A DNA stretch of 64,000 nt from Octopus vulgaris (lineage: Eukaryota), in contig OX597815.1 in assembly GCA_951406725.2 (NCBI GenBank), positions 175,584,001 through 175,648,000 on the forward strand, read 5' to 3'. The notes under the pieces are model-generated. The model did no database searches and was not told the DNA's origin. It saw nothing but the letters and a program-made list of their open reading frames with translations. Shown piece after piece: positions 37,436-50,987 of the stretch. How positions within the stretch are numbered: the first letter of the stretch is position 1; each line of letters opens with the position of its first letter. The position numbers and the translations under genes were made by a program.

Positions 37436-38084
37436 TTTATTCTAAAACAAAATTCATTGTAAACTTTGCTGATTGTTTTAAGTTGTATTGAGGGGAAAAC
37501 GAAGGCATTAGCTTTTCAGTTCTGCAAAGGTATCGTATCACAACAGATCATCAATTGAATGCTAACCATTATTCGGTGCTTTTTTTTACCTGTCAGCATA
37601 CGAGGCTAGAAAATGCAGCTTATTTGTTTTGCTTATTTCACATGAAGCCATTGGCAAACATACATAAAAGTTTCACGGATAAAACTATAGAATTTACATA
37701 AACCCAACTGTAGATAGCGCTTTGTTTTTGTACGAATTTGAAAGCATGTTCAAAAAATGCTTCCAATTCTGGTTAGAGTTAATTATGTGAATAATTAATA
37801 AAGTAAGATTCATGGATCAATGCTAAAACTAAACCTAATTAGAAAGACTATTACTAATTAATAACAATGAAACAAGTGAATTCAAAAATTGAAGCTGTAT
37901 CTGATATTACTGTTAAACATTCCTTAAAATGCCACAACACTCAAGATGTAAAGTGACCTGTAGCCTGCTTGGTTTTTACATAGAAATCACAGAATCTCGT
38001 TGGCTTCCAAGAAAAACTACAGATGCTTGTTCTGGAGTGAAACACTATTGCTAACCACTGCTCCCCTATTTTGAGGCGACGAAA

Positions 38085-38282
38085 GAGCCTCTTCAAGGGT
38101 CCTCTGTAAGAGTCTACTCTAACAATCCTTTGTAATAGTCGTCTATAATAATCCTCGATAAGAGTCCGCTGTAAGAGTCCTCTATAAGAGTTGTCCGTAA
38201 GAACCCCCTGTTGAAGTTCTCTGTAAGAGTCCTCTGTATGAGTCTTGTATGAGTCATCAGTAACAGTCGTCTGTAAGAGACT
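38085..38282. repeat. Degenerate 13-bp minisatellite (GAGTCCTCTGTAA)n
   Basis: about 14 diverged units read directly. Confidence 0.8.
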
Positions 38283-38560
38283 TCCATTGCCAAATCTTAA
38301 AACAATTATTCCCCAAAGTCTAGAAATGGAATACAGTGAAAATGTAGTGTAAGATAACCAATATTCAAGAGAATGGCTGGATGGCCAGGACTAGAATGTC
38401 TTTGATTATGGATCTGCTTATTGAGGGCTGAATTCAGACTAAACTAAATGCAGCCATTTTTGAAATAGCGTTGAGAAATTCTCACATTGATATAGCGCCA
38501 TAAAGCTATCCCTGTGATTCATAATTGTTTCTAACTTAGAAATGTGTCAATGTATTTCAG

Positions 38561-38687
38561 TACTGCCATGTGTTTTGTGGTGGAGAAGGACGGCCAAGTG
38601 TTATCGCTTTCAGAGACTGAACAACTATTACAAGAACCTGCAGCACAAAATGTTTTGAAGAATTATACAACATCATTAGAAGCTGGT
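38561..38687 (+). CDS. Cadherin-like gene exon 15 (membrane-adjacent domain)
   Basis: ttcag|T...GGT|gtatgt; STAMCFVVEKDGQVLSLSETEQLLQ...SLEAG; phase 2 to 0. Confidence 0.88.
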
Positions 38688-39517
38688 GTATGTATAAAAG
38701 CTGTTTTTTTTTTCTCTATGTTGTCAACCAAAGGCATGAAATCAGTTAATGAGTTTAATTTTGAAGATTTGTTTAATTCCTCTTAGATTCTTAACTAAAT
38801 ACCAGATGTTTTATGAAGCACAGAGATTCGGTTTATATCGTATGAAATGGATGAGAAACAAGGGACACTCTGGATAGGAAGTCAGTCACTCAGGCTGATT
38901 CTTCAGCTACTTTACTACAAATTATGACAACCGGAAATTCAAGTTCAATCTATATTTCTAAGGATCTTGGAAAAAACCCGGATAACATGTTTCCTCTTTC
39001 ACTTCACCACTTTTAAGTCTAATTGAAATTTCGGTAATATTCTGTGGAGAGGCAAGAAGTTGTGAGATGTATGCCTCTCCTCATCTCCATTTATGAATCT
39101 ATAGCATAATCTAATTTTTAGTTCGATTAGAATTTATTGTCTCATGTTGAATAAAATTTTTTACAGTTTCTCTAGGATTGGGTAGCAAAAGCTATTGCAA
39201 TCAATTGTGTCTTTGTGTTTCTATCAGTATTTCATGCTTCTGGTATTTTTGTGTAGTTAAGGCATTGATCTTTTGTCTGTTAACATTGCGTCTTCTCTTC
39301 CAGAACACTCTTCTCATTGTGTGTTCTTACACTGATTTACTTTTCCATGTATCTGTAGAACTTAGAATTGTGTTTTGATATTTTTTCACCATTTTTGTAA
39401 TCCAAGCCCCAGTATATGTCTGGTACTTTATTTTTTGACATAGAGTTATGTCCTGCATCTCATTCCATTATTAGTCTAATCCTTTTCTATTTGCATGCTT
39501 CTAATTATTTTTATTAA

Positions 39518-39990
39518 CATCATCATCATCGCTTAAGGTTTGCTTTCCATACTAGCATGGGTTGGACGATTTTGACTGAGGGCTGGCGAACCAGACGGCC
39601 ACACCAGGCTCCAATCTTGATCTGGCAGAGTTTCTACAAGCTGGATGCCCTTCCTAACGCCAACCACTCCGAGAGTGTAGTGGGTGCTTTTTACTTGCCA
39701 CCGGCACGGGGGCCAGTCAGGTGGTACTGGCAATGACCTCGCTCGAATCTTTTTACACATGCCACCGGCACAGGTGCCAGTAAGGCAATGTTGGTAATGA
39801 TCACGCTCGAATGGTGCTCTTTTACATGCCACCGGCACGGAAGTCAGTTGGCTGCTCTGGCAACGATCACGCTCGGATGGTGCTCTTGGCACCCTACTAG
39901 CACAGGCACAAGTGTCAGTAAGGCGATGCTGGTAACTTTCACAGTCGAATGGTGCCCTTTTATGTGCCACTGGCACGGAAGCCGGTTAGC
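39518..39990 (-). mobile_element. RTE 3' UTR fragment with tandem repeat array
   Basis: same terminal module and tgccaccggcac units as 16391-16850. Confidence 0.85.
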
Positions 39991-41199
39991 CATTTTTAAA
40001 ACTCTGTAACAGTTCCTTACTTATATAAAACCATGCATTCCCTCCGTTCGGTGTTGCTGTTCTTTTTTTTTTTTTTTGTCTAATTCGGCTTTAGGACCAT
40101 GATTTTCTTTTTTATTTATACTAGTTTTAAGACGATGACTATGAAAGGATATAGTTTTCTAGTTTTCCTCTTAGCTTCATAATTAACGTAATTTCCAATA
40201 TATTATGTGGAAGGTGAAACTTAATATCCAATACATTTGGTATGGATTGGAGGATCCATATATTTAGAACTATTCTTATTTCTGCCATTGAGCTCAGTTT
40301 TTTTATGTCTCATTCTTTCCCATTTTTTCTTACATCTTCCTCTACTTCTAACTTCCATTGACTCCTTAGTAATTGCTAATATAACTCTCTTTTAATTAAC
40401 TCTTACTAGTCACTATTAGTGACCGTTTATACAAATCTTATCACATTTTGGTGTCTTTTTGTTGTTTGGTTTTGCAGCATCTTGGCTGTGCAGATGCTGC
40501 GGTCATCGTTTTGAACAGTAATGTCTGTGGTAATTCCTTCATTGTTTATACTTCTTCGCAAAATTCTAATTATTTTTACTTAGTTTTTAATAAAATTGTT
40601 TCAAGTTGGAGTTGCACTGTTTGTTTTGTTCAAAGAATTTTTATTCTGGCAGACTTTTTCCTTTAAAGTATGTGTAGATCTGGGAAGCAGATGTTACCGG
40701 AAGGTGAATAGGAGCAAAGTATATCAATATACCCACATATATTGATATCAATTTGAATATTAATATCTATCAATCTATTTGTTTGTATATTTGTATATCA
40801 ATCTCTCTTTCTCTGTCTCTTAATATATATAAAATATGAATTAGTATGTAGTGTTTTTACTTATTTATTTATCATTCATTTTATACTTTTTGAGATCTAG
40901 TTATAAGTTATATATTTAAAAAAAAAATATATATTATTTGTTATTTATGTATTGGTTTATGTCTATCACTGTTTGAGTTGCATAATAGTGGTTTTATCTC
41001 TAATTCATATTTTATATATTTATACTGTGAAATTTGATTTAATACTAAATTGAATTTTTCCCTGTAAATTTGGAGTTATACTCCCTAATTTTATTATTAT
41101 TATAATATATATATACATATATATTTATATATATATATATATTAAATATACATATATTAAATATACATACTGAGGGGGATATTTTATTGTTATTTCCAG

Positions 41200-41327
41200 T
41201 CTTGCAAACCTGAGACGACACGTGTTAGCAGCTGGTCACCTATGTGGTGGGTGCTGGTAGCATTTGCAATATTCATTTTCATATGCTGTATCATCCTCAT
41301 TGTTGCTCTGTACCTGCTTTATAAAGA
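41200..41327 (+). CDS. Cadherin-like gene exon 16, transmembrane helix
   Basis: tccag|TCT...GA|gtaagt; SCKPETTRVSSWSPMWWVLVAFAIFIFICCIILIVALYLLYK; phase 0 to 2. Confidence 0.93.
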
Positions 41328-41934
41328 GTAAGTACCTCTCCGATTTACCTCTTTTACCAATGATGTCAATTACACATGTATATTACGGCAGCAAGCTGTT
41401 AGAATCGTTTTATCAAGCCAGACAAAATGTTTAATGGCGTTTTGTTTCTCCTTATGTTCTGAGTTCAAATTCCCTCGAGGGTGACTTTGCCTTTCATCCT
41501 TTCGCCTTACTCCCTGAGCTTGTGAAATCATTATATATATATATATATACATACATACATAAATTATAGAAATTTATCAGAAACCATAGCTTTCGTGTCA
41601 CCCAGTGACGAAATATGATAAACATACCTGAATTTCTTGTATATTTTACATTTTTATGTACATTAGGTGCAACAAAAATCATGAATCACAATGTTATGTT
41701 CAAGAGATATTCTTATATCTAGAGTTATTACTTTCTGATCCAAGTAGGCATAATCAGATTTAAAAAAAAAAATGATTTTTTAAAAATGATTTTTCAATTA
41801 GATGTAATCCTCATCATCATCAGCATCGTTTTGTTTTCTTTCCATGCTAGCACAGGGGAAGCTTTCAACACAATACAAGGAATCATAGGACACTGGCTGC
41901 TCCAGTGTCTCACTTTTGGCATGTTTTTTGCATC

Positions 41935-42907
41935 TAGACACACACACAAACATACATACAAACATACATACAAACACACACAAACATACATACACAAACA
42001 CACACATACGTACACGCACAAACAAACGTACACACAAACAAGCAAACCCAAACATAAAAATACATAAACATACACAAAAAAGCAAAAGTACACACACACA
42101 AACATACATACACACAAACACACATACAGACACACATACATGTGCACATACAAACACACACAAAAACACAGACACATACACACACTAACATACACGAAAA
42201 CAAACACATACCCACATATACACACAAAACCCTGCATGTGCACAACTGTACACAAACATACACACAAACTCAAACATACCCACACACATACATACACATA
42301 GACACACACACACACAAACTTACATACACAAACATACACACGCATACATACACACACAAATATTCACACAAAACCGTACACATATATACGCACACAAACA
42401 CGCACAAACATACACACAAGCATACACACACACAAACGTACACACATACAAACATACACACATATGCATGCAAACACACACACATATGCATGCAAACACA
42501 CACACATTCATACATTCACATATATACATACACACACATGCATGCAAACACACACACATTCATACATTCACATATATACATACACACAAACATGTACAAA
42601 CATATATGCACATACAAACACACATACTCATACACACACGTACAAACACATAGATACATACAGACATACATACATACGCACATATACATATGGATACACA
42701 CACACACACACACACGTACACACAAATACACATACACACACAAATATGTACACATACATACATACACATATATATATATGTATGTATATATTACATATAT
42801 TGTGTATGCATATATATATATGTATATATTACATATATTGTGTATGCATATGTGTACATGTGTGTGTACGTGTATGCATGTGTGTATGCATATATATATA
42901 TATATAT
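41935..42907. repeat. Long degenerate (CA)/(CATA)/(TA) low-complexity tract
   Basis: direct reading; source of His/Thr and Cys/Val ORFs. Confidence 0.95.
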
Positions 42908-43658
42908 GTAACGAGTACAGTGAAGAATTCCGGGTAGGTGTAGGGGTTCACCAAGGTTCAGTCCTCAGCCCCCTCCTATTTATCATAATCCTCCAGGCAA
43001 TAACGGAGGAATTCTAGACAGGAGGTCCCTGGGAGCTCCTCTATGCTGAAGACCTTGCTCTAATTGCTGAGTCACAATCAGAACTAGAGGAGAAGTTTCA
43101 GGTGTGGAAACAAGGATTAGAATCGAAGGGCCTTAGAGTCAACCTAGCTAAAACCAAAGTCCTAATAAGTAGGAAGGCAGGCAAACCACAAATCCCTTAG
43201 GTAGATGACCCTCCTCGATCTGTAGAAAAAGGTGTAGGTAGAAACTCTATAAGATGTACCCAGTGTAAGCTATGGACACATAAGAGATGCAGCAATATCA
43301 AAGGAAGGCTAACTGGGAAGATAGTTTTTGTATGTGGCAAATGCTCAGGTGCTATAAACACTGAAAATATGTAGAGAACAACTTCTGCCACATTTCAAGG
43401 AGAAAAACTAGATGTAGTTGATAGCTTCCGTTACCTAGGTGACCAAGTCAGTAGCAGGGGTGGGTGCTCTGAAAGTGTAGCTGCTAGAATAAGAATAGTC
43501 ATCTCTCTTGCACACTACATCTGATGCTTCTTAGGTCCAACTTTTCTCTCAAGGTACTTAAACTCTGTCGAGTATGCACGCTGACATCACACATCCATGG
43601 GATCATACTGGATTCATTCCTTGCGAGCTTATGCATGTCCTCAGCAGTCACTGCCCAT
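42908..43658 (+). mobile_element. RTE LINE fragment (RT end and PHD finger) joined to an inverted downstream piece at about 43499
   Basis: NEYSEEFRVGVGVHQGSVLSPLLF...; 43499-43658 matches minus-strand WAVTAED...VQER. Confidence 0.9.
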
Positions 43659-44368
43659 ACTTTATTTTATTGACCCCAGAAGAATGAAAGGCTAAGCTGG
43701 ACTTGACAGGACATAAATGGAAATCAACCCATCACTAAGTAATACTACTTATACAAAATAAGAGATATTTAAATCTATTTTAATGATTGGTTATTGATTA
43801 CATTAGTCTGATAGGTTTAAATAAATTATTTTCACACTAGTTATTGCTGTTGTCTCAATGGTCTTGTGGGTAAAGACATGGACACAGCAACACACAAACC
43901 TCTTTAACAAAGGATCAATCTTGGCCTAAGTATTCAATGTTTTTTTTTTCCGCCCCTTTTCCATTTACATTGTTGTCTCAATATTCTTGTGGGTGGAAAC
44001 AATAGCAAACAATATAGAACCATCCTGATACAGAGTTCAATCTTGTCCCTGGGCATGCACTGAAGGGCTTTGAGTGGGGGCACCTTCTTGAAGGTTTTAG
44101 TTAAATAAATCGATCCCTGTAATTAATTTTTTCAAGGCAGGTCCTTATTCTATCAGTCCCTTTCACTGAACCATTAAATCCAAGTAAAATTTACCCACTC
44201 CCTTCTTTTTCCCCTCCTATCTAACTAGATAGAAAACACGTAAATATTTAATAAAACTCTTTTATAATACTTGGCAGAGATTGAAACCCTCCACCTCAAC
44301 ATATACCTCTGCTTATAAAGCACCTTTACCCACAAGGCTACCAAAGAAACAACTACACCTATTTTTAA

Positions 44369-44581
44369 CCCTTTCGTTACTGTATTTGTTTTGAGATGCT
44401 CTGTCAGGTTTCTTTCAATTACTTTAAATATAACAAAGAATTTAGTAAAATAACTTAGTTATCATTCAGCTACATAAATTGTGACTAAGGTTTGGTGGAA
44501 GATTTTAATTCTAAACTTGTGAAAACAAGACATTTGTACTCAGAGCCAGAAGCAGTTTCAGCCGGGTTGGTAGCGAAAGGG
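44369..44581. mobile_element. piggyBac-like MITE, second copy
   Basis: ttaa|ccctttcgttac...gtagcgaaaggg|ttca; reverse complement of 27685-27908. Confidence 0.8.
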
Positions 44582-45201
44582 TTCAAAAAGGTGATATTTC
44601 AATATAATTCCATCCTTCACTATATAGCTGCATTCATTATAAAGATGCTCAATCAGCTGTGAATAGCAGCCAAGGCTTGCTTGCATCACCTGTAACTGGT
44701 CTTCAGAAAAAGCTAAGAACACCTCAGAGACATGGATCTAAAAGGGATGTACAACAGATTATTTGGATAACGTTTCACTTTAAAATGTTTTGTCTAAACT
44801 TTAAATGAGAAATGTTGCAGTACCAGTAATTATATATTTCGTTGTCCAATGTATCATAAAGAAAAAGTTACTGAAAAATAACACATTAATGTATTAAGAA
44901 ATACATTATGACTGAGTGATAGATGGGCTGGTCATGGTTGGAATGTTTTTCATCGTAGATCAACTCTAACAAAACAAAAACATTTTTAAAAAAATGATTT
45001 TAGATTTTTCAAGTTTTTTCTTTTGCTTCTTTTCTTTTTAAATATACAATATACATACATATATATATACATATATAATATACAATATACATACATACAT
45101 ATATAATATACATACATACATATATAATATACACACATACATATATATACATATATAATATATATATATACATATATAATATATATACATACATAATATA
45201 T

Positions 45202-45238
<37 letters not shown>

Positions 45239-45247
45239 CAGATATAT

Positions 45248-46098
45248 GTGGATAATAATATGCAGTTTAATGCTGAAACATTCCAAGCCCTGTGCTACCA
45301 GCATCCAAAACTGAATATTAAACTTACAGGGTACACCGGTCCACAGGGAATTTCAATCCCAGAGCCTAAGTCAGTGAGGGACCTGGGTATCGACATGAGT
45401 GATGATACCTCTTTCCAAGTGCACATTACCAGGATGGCAACAAAGTGCAGATGACTGGCTGGATGGATCCTAAGAACATTCAGAACCAGAGATAAGGAAA
45501 CCATGATGGTCCTCTGGCGGACATTCTTCCTTGGCCACCTCGATTTCTGCTCACAGCTATGGTCATCCACCAATGTGAAATTAACCCTGAATCTTGAAGC
45601 AATCCAGAGAAGATTCACAAAGAAGATCGTCTCTTTGCAAAAGCTCAGCTACTGGGAGAGGTTGAAACAGCTAAGACTCTACTCCCTGGAGAGAAGACGG
45701 GAGAGGTATGCAGTAATATATATCTGGACGGAATTGTGCCAAATTTTGGCATTGAAAGCTACACCAATGCCAGAACGGGGATGACACTGCATAGTGCCAT
45801 AGGTCCCAGCAATGCCATCATGCTTCAGGACCAGTTGCTGCAAACTCCTGGGTTTCAAGGGCTCACAGCTTTTTAATATTCTCTCAAAGAGTCTCAGGAA
45901 CTTGCACAAAGTAGATGTAGGGGTTTTTAAATCAAAGCTGGACCTCTTCTTGTCAAGAGTCCCAGATGAACCTACCTTACGGCAAGAGGTGCAAATGAGG
46001 GTAGCTACATATTAGAGGAGGCTCTCAGTAATCACAGTGTAGCAAGACGGTGGTGCATTAGCATGGCCGCAGCTCTGAGCTGAAACTAGAGAGAAAAA
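45248..46098 (+). mobile_element. CR1-group LINE 3' fragment
   Basis: NNMQFN, VRDLGI, GWILRTF, LDFCSQLWS, LEAIQRRFTK, LSYWERLKQLRLYSLERRRER; terminal stem-loop cagctctgagctg. Confidence 0.9.
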
Positions 46099-46610
46099 AA
46101 TGTATTACTTATAATATATAGTTAGAATAGTTATATGTAATATATGTATATATATGTATAAAAATTATATATAAAAATACAAAATGGGACAAGAACGCAA
46201 AACACACAGAGACGACACAAAAAACGGACGGGTCATTCGAAGCCTCTAATCTTCAGTCAGGAACCAGATCATCCTAGCAATTTCGGCTGATTAATCCTGA
46301 TATCGCTCCGATCCGGCTAGCCCCAAGGAAAAACTAAGCTGCGAGCATTAGATTTCTTGGAAAAAGGATCGAATGTATATGAAACAAGGACAGAAAAACG
46401 GACGATGCCACACGAATATAAATACAAAAAACAAAAATAGTAATAACAGGACAAAAACAGTGGGTGTCTTACGACTTTAGACAGTTTAACTTATCTTAGC
46501 TGGTGTATTTTGAAATAAATGCCTTTGCGGCATAATATAATAATATAATATAGAGACATAATGTATATAATTTATAGAATATATAGACAGAATTTATAAT
46601 ATATACAATA

Positions 46611-46646
<36 letters not shown>

Positions 46647-46872
46647 CATATGTATATAATATACATAGATGTATACAATATAGATACATCATATATACCG
46701 TATGACATGGAAGGGAAGATAGCCATTGTTTGCATATGATGGTCCTGTCTTATGTGGCCTGCTTGGTTGTGATGAAGCGACATACCTACAAATGTTTTCA
46801 CAAATTCTCATTACATACGAATGGAAGAATGAAATTTATGTTTTCAATTCGTATTTTTTTCTCTTTCTGCAG

Positions 46873-46904
46873 CCATAAGCACTTCATGGACACAGAAAAA
46901 ACCA
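46873..46904 (+). CDS. Cadherin-like gene exon 17, cytoplasmic mini-exon
   Basis: long pyrimidine tract ctgcag|C...ACCA|gtgagt; DHKHFMDTEKT; phase 2 to 1. Confidence 0.8.
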
Positions 46905-48310
46905 GTGAGTATAAATGAAAGCAATTATTTAAGAGTTTTTTTTATATCAACAATTAAAACCATCCTTAACATTTAAAAGAAAATTCCTATAATGAAACTA
47001 TTAGGAAATTCCTGTGTTCAAAGTATTGATGAGTGTCCAGAAAGAAACGTGTTCTTTTGTCTGTAAAAAGAATTTTATAGGATATAACATTCACCAAAGA
47101 TGTGACAGAGTTTCTATATTTTATTAGTTCATAATTAATTTCTAATGCTGACTTTCAATATTTCTGCTAAACACTTTTCATTATAATTTCATCAGAGTAA
47201 CTGACCTATACTTCACAATTCTCTTTGATGGGGATGTTAACATTATATCATAATGAATTATGGTTTATAAACTGATGTTGGGGTTGATTGAAATTACATC
47301 ACTTATGTCAAAGATCTTCTTTAAGCTTTTTGATAAATTGAATTTGTTATAGAGAAGTCCATATGTGCTAAAAGTTGTATCATTAATTAAAACATTAAAA
47401 TTGTCAGTTATATAAGTGTACTGTCTAATCCTCAGAGCTATCCCCAGAACATAGATTCCTTCCTATGAGACAATCTGCATTTACATGAAACACTCAGTAT
47501 ATTCCTTAGGGGCTGCTGATGGGCTATCAAACTGTCGATATTTGCTTCTGGGCCTGTTTCAATGTACCAAAATATCTATGAAGAAATAAGAGGATTTTAC
47601 CAGCTTCCCATGTAGCGTTACGCAAATGCAGCAAACAAATTCTGTCATAATCCTGCATTATAGTGCCGTGACTGTCTTCCACTCTCAGTGTGGCATCTTT
47701 TGTCAGATTCATCCATTCCAAACATATCTTTTATTAAGCCGTGTGGCAGCACTTTGAAGATCGGGCCTGAGTTAGAGATTAGAATAATACACACACACAC
47801 ACGGTTGTTGATTTTGTTGCATAAAATGATATATTGTCATTTTGTGCAAGAATTCAATAAAAATTATGAACTGCAATTTCTCTTCGAAACATTTAAGTGA
47901 TTTGTTTTACTATGCCTCACCTGACAATAGTGTCACCACTGAAGTCATTGGTCTTACATGGTATGCAGAGCACAATCTGTCAGGTGTAATTTGTCTCTGC
48001 CAGACTTTATCTACAGGAGAAGCTGAATTTAATTCTGTTAACTACTGAAACAATGTTACAACAACTTAGTGACCATCAATCTTCAATATAGCAAGGCCTG
48101 CTTAGAGCTAAACTCAGAGTATTGACGAGGATTACATAAAATAAAGAAACTGATGTTAAACTGGGATTCAGTTTGTGGCCATGAAACTGATAAATATTTC
48201 TATTTTTTTTAAAGTAATGATTAAAGAAAGTTTAACTGAATAAATGATTTACTTTTTTTGTTATTTCGCTATTCGTTTGTTAACAAGTCTTGAAATTATT
48301 TCTATTCTAG

Positions 48311-48324
48311 GTTTATTGAATTAA
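48311..48324 (+). CDS. Alternative terminal coding segment A (SLLN-stop) in a 48-nt cassette exon 48311-48358
   Basis: ttctag|GT TTA TTG AAT TAA, donor GG|gtgagt at 48359; completes EKTSLL, an [DE]xxxL[LI] motif. Confidence 0.6.
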
Positions 48325-49761
48325 TCCAGAAGCATTTCCATGATCAAGCACTGTTTGGGTGAGTGGTGTGAATATGTTTAATGTTTTTTGAGATGTGATT
48401 CCTTTGGACAAAGTGCAACATCACACATTGGAATGTCTTCTGTGGTTTCAGTGGATTCCAGGGTGTTACTGAGAATTGTTTTATTGACGTTGAATAATGA
48501 AAGTTTCTCTGTGGATCGATCCCCTTCTCTGCCTCCCCTAACTGTCATAATGGAAAATAAGCAGGAGAAAGGACTCTCACCCCCCCCTCTCAGCCACTAG
48601 TATCGAGACTGGTTTGTCAGACTTTGGTGATATTGAATTGTCGACTGAGAGTGGTTTGAAAATAGCAGCAATTTTTGGAACTTGCCCAAGTGATTCTGCT
48701 GCTGTTTTTGTTTGTCCCTGTGGGTTTGTCTTACACATAGGATAGCAAAAATGATTTGAGAGCACAAGGCCCTTCAATGGTTTTTGCTACCAACTGTATA
48801 GAAACTAGGCATCTTGGCATTATAGACATTACTAATCTCATCACCCTTCTGTGTGCATTCTTGAAAAGTTAGTGGTCTCTGATTTTCAGTATCTTTAAGA
48901 CACACATTCCCACTGAGATGCAACAGACCAAAAGAACACTGCAATCCTCTCTACTCTATGTTCATAAAGGTAAAACAAGACTCAACAACAATGCCAATAT
49001 CTTTGACTGTAATCCTCTTATTCAGTCCACTTCAGTTGGCTGACACCAATTTATTAATGTATGGTTTAGCCAACTCATGCCGTTCTCAGTCACAAATTTC
49101 TGTGGCTCTACTTCAATCTACGGGTAAGATATCACTCCACACATTAGCCTAGACTTGCTCTGATTTCTCCTTCTTGAGCGCAAAGAAAACCTCTCCATTC
49201 TCAGTAATACATAAGTGACTTTCATTATTTTTATTTTTCTACAAAACAACAAAATGTCCAGTAGGGATGCATCTGTTTTACACACAAAATTTTGTCAGAT
49301 GTCTTCTCGATCAGCTTGTTCATGTTTCAAAATACCACTGCTATTAAAAGCAAATGCAAAAGTACTAGTGCACACACACACACACTGCTTCCTTTATACA
49401 GCAGGCAAAACGCTTGCATATATGAACTGTTGCCATGCAACAAATTGTTATTTGCAGAAGTTTTGCTAGTACTTCTCTTATCACTATTTTGTGCAAGAAT
49501 GTTAGTGTTCTCTTCAATATTTTCACTTTGTTGTTTTGTTTTTGAGTATTTATTGTGCAAAATCAAGTTTATTTTGCCCAATTGGGGCACACGAGCTCTT
49601 GTTTGTGTTCAGAATGTCTATTTTTTCACTTTGTAAGTTAGAAAAATAAAGTTAAACTTACCGCTCATCTTACATTGCAAATTAATCAGAAAAAGTCACC
49701 CAAAATTTGAGAAATATTTACATAATATAATCTATAATGGAACTATTTTATTTTATTCTAT

Positions 49762-49955
49762 TTTACTTGTTTCAGTCATTTGACTGTGGCCATGCTGGAG
49801 CACCGCCTTTAGTCGAGCAAATCGACCCCAGGACTTATTCTTTCTAAGCCTAGGACTTATTCTATTGGTCGCTTTTGCTGAACCGCTAAGTTACAGTGAC
49901 GTAAACACACAAGCATCGGTTGTCAAGCGATGTTGGAGGAGGGGGACAAACACAA

Positions 49956-49998
<43 letters not shown>

Positions 49999-50308
49999 GG
50001 GCATCCAGCCGTAGAAACACTGCCAGATTTGACTGGGCCTGATGAAGCCTTCTGGCTTCACAGACCCCAGTAGAACCGTCCAACCCATGCTAGCATGGAA
50101 AACGGACGCTAAACGATGATGATGATGATATATATATATATATGACGGGCTTCATTCAGTTTCCGTCTACCAAATCCACTCACAAGGCTTTGGTCGGCCT
50201 GAGGCTATAGTAGAAGACACTTGCCCAAGGTGCCACGCAGTGGGACTGAACCCGGAACCATGTGGTTCGTAAACAAGCTACTTACTACACAGCCACTCCT
50301 ACGCCTAT
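49762..50308 (-). mobile_element. SINE family 2, full length, with nested RTE tail (about 49997-50128, + strand)
   Basis: complete match to 30935 copy; RTE tail sits inside its (TA)n. Confidence 0.9.
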
Positions 50309-50519
50309 TAAAAAGGAACTATTAAAAAGGAAACACTCTGCTACGACTAATCCTTTCTATTATGGGCACAAAATTTGAAACTTACATCAAAGAAGAGGGT
50401 AGAAAGGGAAAAAAACAGTGAAATTAGATAAAAAAATATACCCAAGTATACAATGTATGTGAAAACATCAATGATGTCTTCATCTCATTTTGATAAAGGA
50501 GAAACTCCAATCAGGGCCC

Positions 50520-50950
50520 AATCAAGGAAGCCCACAAATCCCGAATCACTCTGAATACTAAAGGCATGAGCCCCCGACTAACTTTTCTCTTCCAATCTGC
50601 CTCACATGAAGCAGATGTTGTCAAAGACTAGTGGGCATCATACATGTTGGAATGTCTCTAACCAATCCACTTATGACAACCACCAACCTCTTTGCTAACA
50701 TCATAGCAAAAACTTTAAACTCTGTTTTTAGGAAGGTTACGAGCTGGAAATTTTCTGTAATAACCCTATTGTTGATATTCTTTTTCACCAATGTTACCCA
50801 GCTCACAGAATTGGAAACCCTCTTTTGCTGCCAGTTGTGATCGATGTTTCACAAGAGATCACTGAACAACAAGTCTAGCAAATAATCATGAAATTCATTG
50901 GACAAACCATCCAAAGCAGGTGATTTGTCATTTTCAAAACTGCTTTCTGT
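50520..50950 (-). mobile_element. L1/Tx1-like RT fragment, decayed
   Basis: KSPALDGL; VTLVKK...ENFQLVTFLKTEFKVFAMMLAKRL. Confidence 0.6.
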
Positions 50951-50987
50951 ACTTTCCGTATCTCAAATAATGATTATATATTTTCAG

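Noticed and set aside
41794-43017. His/Thr-rich and Cys/Val-rich ORFs (also near 15300, 45000, 55250, 58800)
   Set aside because: Microsatellite translations
46170-46500. Further hammerhead on minus strand (CTGAAGA...GAA)
   Set aside because: Stems I and III do not pair in register; probably a repeat fragment
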